46,783 bases of DNA from NCBI GenBank assembly GCA_035289485.1, contig DATDXA010000043.1, forward strand, positions 1 to 46,783, in the 5' to 3' direction. The stretch comes from an archaeon. Its GTDB lineage: Archaea; Iainarchaeota; Iainarchaeia; Iainarchaeales; Iainarchaeaceae. Shown piece after piece: positions 8,529-15,413 of this stretch. The notes under the pieces are model-generated. The model saw only the letters and a program-made list of their open reading frames with translations, ran no database searches and was not told the DNA's origin. The translations under genes and the position numbers were made by a program. Positions within the stretch are counted from its first letter, which is position 1; every line of letters starts with the position of its first letter.

Positions 8529-8554
8529 TTCCTTTGCGCGCTTGTTTTAAAGCC

Positions 8555-9088
8555 CTATTTTGCCTTCCTAATTTTCTTGCCCTTGTTTACAGGCTCAACC
8601 TCGATTTGGGCTTTTGGAAATTTCTTGGAAAGCTCCTTTCCTTCAAAAATCCTGTCTAGGAATACCGCAAGCGCCGCAATTTCAGAATGCGGCTGAAGCG
8701 TCACAGAGACGTTGTATTCAGATTTTTCATAAACTTCGCGCTCCACTTTTTGCGAGCCGATAATTACAAGAAGCTTCTCTTTTTTGCGCAGCTCCTTTTC
8801 AACGTTCTGCAGCGGCAGCCCATACATTGTAAGGTGAACGCTTGTATATCCATTCTTCGAGTAGTGCTCCAGCCTCTTTTTCCAGCTGTCCACAAACTCT
8901 ATTTCAGCTCCCCTGCCCCATCTCTCATTTATGCTCTCAAGCGTTTGGGGTATGCTCTTGTCTTCTTCCCCTTCAATTTCGATTTTGTCGGCGCCAAATG
9001 CCCTTGCAACAAGGCAGCAGTGGCTTGTGACCCGATAATCGCGAACATGCCGGTGCCCATAACGGAGCACGGCTATCTGTGGAGGCAT
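8555..9088 (-). CDS. trm56: tRNA (cytidine-56-2'-O)-methyltransferase aTrm56
   Basis: VLRYGHRHVRDYRVTSHCCLVARAFGA, VHLTMYG, GSQKV, QPHSEIAALAVFLDR. Confidence 0.92.
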   Translation of the reverse strand: MPPQIAVLRYGHRHVRDYRVTSHCCLVARAFGADKIEIEGEEDKSIPQTLESINERWGRGAEIEFVDSWKKRLEHYSKNGYTSVHLTMYGLPLQNVEKELRKKEKLLVIIGSQKVEREVYEKSEYNVSVTLQPHSEIAALAVFLDRIFEGKELSKKFPKAQIEVEPVNKGKKIRKAK

Positions 9089-9146
9089 AACTAGTAGAAA
9101 TCTTGCTTTGCACCATTTTTTATTCCTTGTTCAGCTACTCTACAGT

Positions 9147-10427
9147 ATGCTTGATATCAAATTTGTGCGCGAGAACGCCGATATTATAAAGAAAGATTTG
9201 AAAAAGCGCGGCGACTCTGAAAAAACAAAGTGGCTCTCAGAGCTTTTGGAAATGGATAAAGAGTACCGCTCCGTGCTGCAGGAAGCCGAAGCGCTGAGAA
9301 TGAAGCGCAACCAGATTACTGATGAAATAAATAAACTAATGGCGCAGAAGAAGGATTTCAAGCCGAAGATTGCGGAGGCAAAAAAGCTCCCTGAAAAAAT
9401 AAAAGAGCTCGAGAAAGAATCCGCGCCGCTCAAGGAAAAAATCGATTGGTACTTAATGCGCCTTCCAAATATCCTGCATGATTCCGTTCCTGTAGGAAAG
9501 GACGACTCTGATAATGTGGTTGTTCGAGAATTCGGAAATAAAGTTTCCAATACAAAGCTCGCTCCGCACGGTGAAATCCTTGAAAAGAACGGCTGGGCGG
9601 ATTTCACGCGCGCAACAAAGATTGCAGGTGCCGGGTTCTATTTTCTTAAGGGGCAGTTCGCGCTGCTTGAAATGGCGTTGCTCCGTTTCTCTTTAGATAA
9701 ATTAGTTGAGAAAGGTTACACTCCGATTTCTCCTCCGCTCATGATGAACCGTGCCGCATATGAAGGCGTTACTGACCTGTCTGATTTTGAGAATGTTATG
9801 TACAAAATCGATTCCGAAGACCTCTATTTGGTTGCAACTTCCGAGCACCCGATGGCTGCAATGTATAAGGATGATATTTTCCAGGAAGCGGAGCTTCCAC
9901 TTAAGCTTGCGGGAATTTCCCCCTGCTTTAGGCGCGAAATAGGAAAGCACGGCATAGATACGCGCGGTCTTTTCCGTGTCCACCAGTTCAACAAGGTTGA
10001 GCAGTTCATATACTGCAAACCTGAAGATTCATGGAAAATGCATGAAGAGCTCCTTGCAAACGCAGAAAGCATTTTCAAAGACCTCGGGCTTTCCTACCGC
10101 GTTGTAAATATTTGTACTGGCGATATCGGTACTGTTGCCGCAAAAAAGTATGATTTAGAAGTTTGGATGCCGCGCGAGGAAAAATACCGCGAGGCGGTTT
10201 CATGCAGCAACTGCACCTCATACCAATCAGTGCGCTCCAATATAAAATTCCGCAAAAAGGACGGCTCGAAAGAGTATGTGCACACGCTGAACAGCACAGC
10301 AGTTGCGGCATCAAGGGCGCTGCGCGCAATAGTTGAGACCCATTACGATGGGGAAGTTCTCAAGATTCCAAAGCCGCTGCAGCAGTACCTGAATGGGGCG
10401 AAGGAGATTTCCGCGGAAAAGAAATAA
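9147..10427 (+). CDS. serS: serine--tRNA ligase
   Basis: MLDIKFVREN start, LVATSEHP, CFRREIG...RGLFRVHQFNKVEQF, SCSNCTSYQ, HTLNST. Confidence 0.96.
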   Translation: MLDIKFVRENADIIKKDLKKRGDSEKTKWLSELLEMDKEYRSVLQEAEALRMKRNQITDEINKLMAQKKDFKPKIAEAKKLPEKIKELEKESAPLKEKIDWYLMRLPNILHDSVPVGKDDSDNVVVREFGNKVSNTKLAPHGEILEKNGWADFTRATKIAGAGFYFLKGQFALLEMALLRFSLDKLVEKGYTPISPPLMMNRAAYEGVTDLSDFENVMYKIDSEDLYLVATSEHPMAAMYKDDIFQEAELPLKLAGISPCFRREIGKHGIDTRGLFRVHQFNKVEQFIYCKPEDSWKMHEELLANAESIFKDLGLSYRVVNICTGDIGTVAAKKYDLEVWMPREEKYREAVSCSNCTSYQSVRSNIKFRKKDGSKEYVHTLNSTAVAASRALRAIVETHYDGEVLKIPKPLQQYLNGAKEISAEKK

Positions 10428-10431
10428 TTTA

Positions 10432-10788
10432 CTATTTTATTTCAAAAATTTTAACTTCGTTGCCAGAGTAAGTATACGCATATTTCCTCAACCCCGTTCT
10501 TGTCTTGCTCCACTCAAAAATTCCCCCGTGCAAATTCATGGCATTGTATCCCTGCCGCGCAAGAAAATCCGCTGCGGTCGAACTGCGAGAACCGGTTCTG
10601 CAAAGGCAAATTATCATCTTGTTTTTTGGCAGCTCCGCAAAGCGCCCGGGCAGCTCCGTTAGGTCAATCCATACCATTGGCTCTGCCTTGGTAAAATCCA
10701 CTTCTTCCCTGTGCCGCACATCCAGAAGTACCGCGTCCCCTTTAGAGAGGGCTTTTTCAGCTTCCTGAGAGCTTATCTCCTGCGCCAT
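10432..10788 (-). CDS. rhodanese-like domain protein
   Basis: LLDVR..EE, CRTGSRS active loop, LHGGIFEW; start moved to MAQEIS because the longer ORF overlaps a tRNA. Confidence 0.88.
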   Translation of the reverse strand: MAQEISSQEAEKALSKGDAVLLDVRHREEVDFTKAEPMVWIDLTELPGRFAELPKNKMIICLCRTGSRSSTAADFLARQGYNAMNLHGGIFEWSKTRTGLRKYAYTYSGNEVKIFEIK

Positions 10789-10865
10789 AACCAAGATGCC
10801 TGTTAGTAAGGTTAAAAAACGTGTTTTAGGCGTATTTCTTATTCTTCTAGCTTCTCTTTGTGAAG

Positions 10866-10930
10866 TCAGTTCTATCGAGCCCCCAAAGGGGGCGAAGATG
10901 GAACGCTCCCTTCCAAGGAGCAGCTCGGAG
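10866..10930 (+). repeat. structured dispersed element, copy 1 (abuts tRNA-Lys G1)
   Basis: TCAGTTCTATCGAG...ACGCTCCCTTCC...AGGAGCAGCTCGGAG; the same three blocks occur at 30975-30846 (minus). Confidence 0.8.
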
Positions 10931-11003
10931 GGCCCATAGCTCAGCCTGGTAGAGCAGCGGCCTTTTAAGCCGTGTGTCGAGGGTTCAAATCCCTCTGGGC
11001 TCG
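10930..11003 (+). tRNA. tRNA-Lys(UUU), intronless
   Basis: GGGCCCA/TGGGCTC acceptor stem, GCGGC-CTTTTAA-GCCGT anticodon arm, GGTTCAAATCC T arm. Confidence 0.97.
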
Positions 11004-11147
11004 CCTTTTTCTTTCTCTTAGAAAGAGAAAGAAAAACGCGACCGAAAAAGAAAGAGAAACGAGAAGCGTTCACTGAAAAGAAAAAGTGTGGTGCGAAATG
11101 CGCCTGCAAAGGCATAAATTCGTGAAAGTTTCATATATGGTGTTTTC

Positions 11148-13316
11148 ATGTCTGTTGGAATCGACGAGCTGATGAAGAGCAGGAAGGACAATCTCGAATA
11201 CTTGAGAAAGAAAGGCATTGAGCCGTTTCCATATTCATTTGCGCCCACACACTATTCCGCTGAACTCAAGGATAAATATGAAAGCAAGCTAAAAGCAGGC
11301 GATCACACAAAAGATAAGGCAATAGTCGCAGGCCGCGTGATGGCAAAGAGAAATTTTGGTAAGCTCTATTTTGTTTCCCTTCAAGACCCAAAAGGCAGGA
11401 TTCAGCTTGTTGTTTCAGAAAGTGATGCCGGTTCCGCAGGCGTTGATTTAGTGGACCACTTGGATGTCGGGGATTTTATTGGAGTTGATGGCTTTGTAAT
11501 GAAGACAAAAAAGGGCGAGCTCTCTGTTGGCGCTAAGAAAATAACATTCCTATCAAAAGCCCTAAATCCCTACCCTGAAAAGTTCCACGGCCTAACAGAT
11601 ATTGAAGTTCGTTACAGAAAAAGGCCGCTTGACCTGATAATGAACCCCGAGGTTAAGGAAGTTTTCCTCAAGAGGGCAAAAGTAGTTTCGCTTGTAAGGG
11701 AGTTTCTTGAAAAGAGCAATTTTCTAGAAGTAGAGATTCCTCTTCTCCAGCCAACTTATGGAGGGGCAAATGCAAGGCCATTCATTACAAAATCGCACGC
11801 GTGGAAATCGGATTTTTATCTTTCAATTTCCCCGGAGCTCTACCTGAAGCGGCTGATTATTGGCGGCTATGAGCGCGTATACACTATTTGCAAGAATTTC
11901 CGGAATGAAGATGTTGACAAAACCCACAACCCGGAATTCACGATGATGGAGTGCTACGCAGCGTATTGGGATTACAATGACATGATGAAGCTAACTGAAG
12001 ATTTATTCGCGTTCGTTGCAAAGAGTTTGAACGGCACAACAAAAATAACATACGAGGGCAAGCAGATTGATCTCAAAGCCCCGTGGAAGCGCATGACAAT
12101 GAAGCAGGCGCTCAGAGAATTTGCAAAGCTTGATGTCGACAAATTAACGGATGCCGATTTGAAAAAACTCCTAAAAGAACACGAGCTAGAGGCTGACCCG
12201 TTCAAGCGCGGCCTTGCAATTGCCGAGCTCTTCTCGCATTTATGCGAAGAAAAGCTAATCGCGCCAACTTTCATAATAGACCACCCAAAGGAAACAACTC
12301 CGCTATGCAAGCCAAAGCGCGGCGATCCAACACTCATAGAAAGGTTTGAGCCATTCATCAATGGCTGGGAAGTTGCAAACGCTTACTCTGAACTGAACGA
12401 TCCTGAGTTGCAGGAACAATTTTTCAAAGAGCAGGCAGATCAGGGCAGGGCAAAAGGGGAAACGCACCCGCCTGATGATGATTTCATTGATTCGCTGCGC
12501 TACGGAATGCCGCCAACCGGAGGGCTAGGAATTGGAATAGACCGGCTAGTGATGCTTCTCACGAATCAACCTACAATTAAAGATGTCATTTTCTTTCCAC
12601 AAATGAAGCCAGAGAGAAAGCAGCCATCTGGGACTGCAGATGCACTCAAGCCCGAGCTCGAAGCGATAAAGCCCAACAAGACAAAACTTCTTTTCCAAAA
12701 CGACCCTTACCTAAAAGAATCTTCGGCAACAGTTCGCAGTGTTGAAGGCAATGAAGTCTACCTTGACCAGACAATATTTTTCGCGTTCAGCGGCGGTCAG
12801 AAATCCGATAAAGGCGAAATCAACGGAACAAAACTCAAGGGTGTTTTGCTAAAGGGCGACGACATTGCGCATGTTTTCGATTTCGACCCGAAACTCAAGG
12901 CCGGAGATAAGGTCAGACTCAAACTTGACTGGGACAATCGCTTCAGGACAATGCGCCTGCATTCCGCTTCGCATATTGTCGACCATTTTTTGAACAAGGA
13001 AATTAAAACAGGCGGCACTTCGGGTTCTCTAGTTGACGCTGAAAAGGACAGGAGCACATATCTTGTGAGTGAGAAGATTTCACACGAAGCTTTGAAAAAA
13101 GTTGAAGACGCAACAAATAAATTCATGGCGCAAAAGCACGCAATCAATAGGTTTCCGGACAAGGCAAACCCAAATGTTTTGGTCTGGGAGTGCGAGGGGA
13201 TTGTCCAGCACTGTTCCGGAACGCATGTTCGCAACACTTCTGAAATAGGAAAAATCAAATTAAAGCGCGGGGGCAAGGGCGCCGGAAAAGAACTGGTCGA
13301 AACTTACCTTGTGTAA
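11148..13316 (+). CDS. lysS: class II lysine--tRNA ligase fused to a C-terminal AlaX-like editing domain
   Basis: OB fold, YLSISPELYLKRL, FRNEDVDKTHNPEFTMME, YGMPPTGGLGIGIDRL; then LDQTIFF..SGGQ.SD.G, MRLHSASH, CSGTHV. Confidence 0.95.
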   Translation: MSVGIDELMKSRKDNLEYLRKKGIEPFPYSFAPTHYSAELKDKYESKLKAGDHTKDKAIVAGRVMAKRNFGKLYFVSLQDPKGRIQLVVSESDAGSAGVDLVDHLDVGDFIGVDGFVMKTKKGELSVGAKKITFLSKALNPYPEKFHGLTDIEVRYRKRPLDLIMNPEVKEVFLKRAKVVSLVREFLEKSNFLEVEIPLLQPTYGGANARPFITKSHAWKSDFYLSISPELYLKRLIIGGYERVYTICKNFRNEDVDKTHNPEFTMMECYAAYWDYNDMMKLTEDLFAFVAKSLNGTTKITYEGKQIDLKAPWKRMTMKQALREFAKLDVDKLTDADLKKLLKEHELEADPFKRGLAIAELFSHLCEEKLIAPTFIIDHPKETTPLCKPKRGDPTLIERFEPFINGWEVANAYSELNDPELQEQFFKEQADQGRAKGETHPPDDDFIDSLRYGMPPTGGLGIGIDRLVMLLTNQPTIKDVIFFPQMKPERKQPSGTADALKPELEAIKPNKTKLLFQNDPYLKESSATVRSVEGNEVYLDQTIFFAFSGGQKSDKGEINGTKLKGVLLKGDDIAHVFDFDPKLKAGDKVRLKLDWDNRFRTMRLHSASHIVDHFLNKEIKTGGTSGSLVDAEKDRSTYLVSEKISHEALKKVEDATNKFMAQKHAINRFPDKANPNVLVWECEGIVQHCSGTHVRNTSEIGKIKLKRGGKGAGKELVETYLV

Positions 13317-13330
13317 TCGGGGTTTTTGTG

Positions 13331-13468
13331 ATGCCAGAATGCCTTGCACTAAACCCGTTAGAAGATTATGCTTCGTGTCCCGCCTGCGGCGGTGAGATGC
13401 GCGAGCAGCACGCGAAGTGGGTTTGCACAAAATGCAGCTACAAGCGCGGGTGCTGCGATTTGATGTGA
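13331..13468 (+). CDS. small CPxCG-type zinc-finger protein (45 aa)
   Basis: MPECLALNPLEDYASCPACGGEMREQHAKWVCTKCSYKRGCCDLM; below the ORF-track cutoff. Confidence 0.75.
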   Translation: MPECLALNPLEDYASCPACGGEMREQHAKWVCTKCSYKRGCCDLM

Positions 13469-13474
13469 AGTTCG

Positions 13475-13509
13475 CACCGGCACTGACGTCTCCTTGCAAA
13501 GTTTAATTG
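13475..13509 (+). promoter_or_regulatory. CACCGGCACTGA motif plus TATA-like box upstream of LAGLIDADG gene
   Basis: Motif at 13475-13486, TTTAATTG at 13502; similar arrangement at 14403 and upstream of radA. Confidence 0.55.
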
Positions 13510-13531
13510 ACTCTATTTTTCTTTTTTTAGT

Positions 13532-14182
13532 ATGAAATTGACGCCCGAACTTGCCGAGCTTACTGGAATCTTAATTGGAGACGGTTGTCTTTCAAAGTAT
13601 TTTGCCAATTTCGATAAACGTTGGAGATATGAACTAGCCTTTACAGGGAACAACGACGAATATGATTATTATCGCGATTTTATCCAGCCAGTTTTTAAAA
13701 ATTATTTTAACACAAAAGGAAGGCTTTTCATCCGCAAGGATAATTCAACCAGGTTCCATGTATTGAGTAAGGTTGCTTTTGATTTCTTTGCAGGCATCGG
13801 AATTCCTATTGGCGAAAAAAGTCATTCTGTTTCCATTCCCAGAGAAATAATGTCAACTACTAATTTGCTTGCTCCATGCCTGCGGGGAATTTGGGATACC
13901 GATGGGTCAATTTACCAGCGTTACCCAAAGCAGTACAAAAATCATCCAAAGCACTATTCCCACTTGAAATCAATGCATCTTGCCATGGTGTCAAAATCTG
14001 TTATAGAAGATGTCAAAGAATGCCTAACTAGACTATCTATACAATCTAGTGAAATTACAACAGACGACAGGGGCGCATTCAGGCTCTATATTACCGACCA
14101 ACTAGAAATCGCAAAATATATGGAAAAGGTCGGTTTTAGAAATGTGCATCATTTAAAGCGCATCTTTAGCATGTCGGCGTAA
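13532..14182 (+). CDS. free-standing LAGLIDADG homing endonuclease (two motifs)
   Basis: LAELTGILIGDG and CLRGIWDTDG; ends 38 nt before tRNA-Lys(CUU). Confidence 0.9.
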   Translation: MKLTPELAELTGILIGDGCLSKYFANFDKRWRYELAFTGNNDEYDYYRDFIQPVFKNYFNTKGRLFIRKDNSTRFHVLSKVAFDFFAGIGIPIGEKSHSVSIPREIMSTTNLLAPCLRGIWDTDGSIYQRYPKQYKNHPKHYSHLKSMHLAMVSKSVIEDVKECLTRLSIQSSEITTDDRGAFRLYITDQLEIAKYMEKVGFRNVHHLKRIFSMSA

Positions 14183-14186
14183 GGTA

Positions 14187-14209
14187 TTTAAAGTTCTCCC
14201 GCGGGAGAA
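14187..14209 (+). promoter_or_regulatory. tRNA TATA box followed by a perfect 16-bp palindrome
   Basis: TTTAAAG 14187-14193; TTCTCCCGCGGGAGAA 14194-14209. Confidence 0.6.
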
Positions 14210-14220
14210 TTAGTCATAGC

Positions 14221-14370
14221 GGGCCCATAGCTCAGGCTGGTAGAGCACTTGATTCTTTTAAGTTATTTTGCTTAGGGAAGGTGCGGCTCTTAAGGTTGTT
14301 TACCGGCTTGAAAGCTTAGGTAGTGATCGGACAGACCAAGGTGTCGTGGGTTCAAATCCCACTGGGCTCG
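14221..14370 (+). tRNA. tRNA-Lys(CUU) with introns at 30/31 (14252-14285) and 37/38 (14293-14334)
   Basis: Spliced anticodon arm CTTG|G-CTCTTA|A-CCAAG; BHB1 AGAG-CACT-TGA-TTCTT / GGGAA-GGTG-CGG-CTCT; relaxed BHB2; T-rich tail. Confidence 0.9.
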
Positions 14371-14402
14371 CTTTTTTTCTTGTATGATTTTTGCATACTT
14401 GA

Positions 14403-14436
14403 CACCGGCAGTGAAGTGTCCCCAATTCTTTAAAAA
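14403..14436 (+). promoter_or_regulatory. CACCGGCAGTGA motif plus TATA box upstream of LAGLIDADG gene
   Basis: CACCGGCAGTGAAGTGTCC is 16/19 identical to 13475-13493; TTTAAAAA at 14429. Confidence 0.55.
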
Positions 14437-14457
14437 TAAAAAATCAGTTTCTTTTGC

Positions 14458-15090
14458 ATGTATTCTGATTCTGAATTAGAATTAGTCGGCGCTATTATTG
14501 GTGATGGCCACATACACAAATCCTCAAAATATTATTTCGGGCTGACTGGAAATAAAATAACTGACCGAGAATATTACTCAAAACTTTCTGTTCTGATTGG
14601 AAAAGTTTGGAATAAACATCCGCGGGTATTTGAGAGTGGCAGGGGTCTACGGATAAGAGTTTATTCAAAGAACATTGTAACTAAATTGACAATGGATTTT
14701 GGGCTTGCCTACAATTCAGATAAGTGTTATAGTGTTGAAATTCCTGAATTTCTTTTAGACGATTATTCAAAAGTAAAACATGTAATCCGAGGAATAGCTG
14801 ATACTGATGGCTCTGTATTCGTTTCAGATAAGAAAGGTTCACCCAATTACCCTTCCTTGGAAATCACCACCGTTTGCAGGCCTCTTGCCGATCAATTAAG
14901 GGAAATTCTATTATGTGCGGGTTTTAGGGTAACAAATATCCGGAAGTATTGGTCTAAGCGTTCAACCACGGATTGCTATAAGGTTTGTTTATATGGCAGA
15001 GATAATCTTAGAAAGTGGGTTTCTGAAATAGGCTTCACTAATCCATATAAAGAGCAAATTGCCAAGCAGGCATTGACAGAGCGCTTTTAA
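14458..15090 (+). CDS. free-standing LAGLIDADG homing endonuclease (two motifs)
   Basis: LELVGAIIGDG and VIRGIADTDG; the TAA stop lies within the TATA-like TTTTAAAC of the downstream tRNA. Confidence 0.9.
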   Translation: MYSDSELELVGAIIGDGHIHKSSKYYFGLTGNKITDREYYSKLSVLIGKVWNKHPRVFESGRGLRIRVYSKNIVTKLTMDFGLAYNSDKCYSVEIPEFLLDDYSKVKHVIRGIADTDGSVFVSDKKGSPNYPSLEITTVCRPLADQLREILLCAGFRVTNIRKYWSKRSTTDCYKVCLYGRDNLRKWVSEIGFTNPYKEQIAKQALTERF

Positions 15091-15117
15091 ACCTTATTTC
15101 AATTAGTTCTTCTTAAT

Positions 15118-15283
15118 GGGGCCGTAGCTCAGCCTGGGAGAGCATCCGACGGATACAAGCGTGCCTTAATGGCTTGTTTTGTCCGGGTGAAGCTGAAGAT
15201 AGAGGCAATGGAGTATCATTGTTTAATCTTCCTTGCTCTCAGCAGTGACCGGTATGTCGCGTGTTCAAATCACGCCGGCCCCA
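15118..15283 (+). tRNA. tRNA-Phe(GAA) with introns at 30/31 (15149-15191) and 37/38 (15199-15247)
   Basis: GGGGCCG/CGGCCCC acceptor stem; spliced arm TCCG|G-CTGAAG|A-CCGGT; BHB1 AG-CATC-CGA-CGGATA / TGTCCG-GGTG-AAG-CT. Confidence 0.9.
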
Positions 15284-15413
15284 CATTTTTCATTTCTTTT
15301 GAAAACTTATGTCCCGCTGTAAGCGGGACGGCCGTATGCGCACCCAACAGACGCAACTGTTGTTTTGCACCCTTTTATATTCATTTTCTTCAAGTATATC
15401 TCTGGTGTTCTTT

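Noticed and set aside
10866..10930. Calling the structured element an HDV-like/theta or hammerhead ribozyme, or a known riboswitch
   Set aside because: Helix order loosely resembles HDV, but the conserved L3 and catalytic J4/2 residues are missing; no CUGANGA/GAAA core or SAM/TPP/FMN consensus.
10789..11115. N-terminal extension of the 227-aa rhodanese ORF
   Set aside because: It is the antisense reading of tRNA-Lys and its T-rich tail; the real start is probably 10788.
14252..14262. TTCTTTTAA read as a Lys(UUU) anticodon loop
   Set aside because: It lies inside the 30/31 intron stem; the BHB-consistent splice gives anticodon CUU.
15311..15362. Two small hairpins after tRNA-Phe (and one at about 37360-37383 between pus10 and radA)
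   Set aside because: Single-copy, consistent with ordinary transcript-end structures; no further support.
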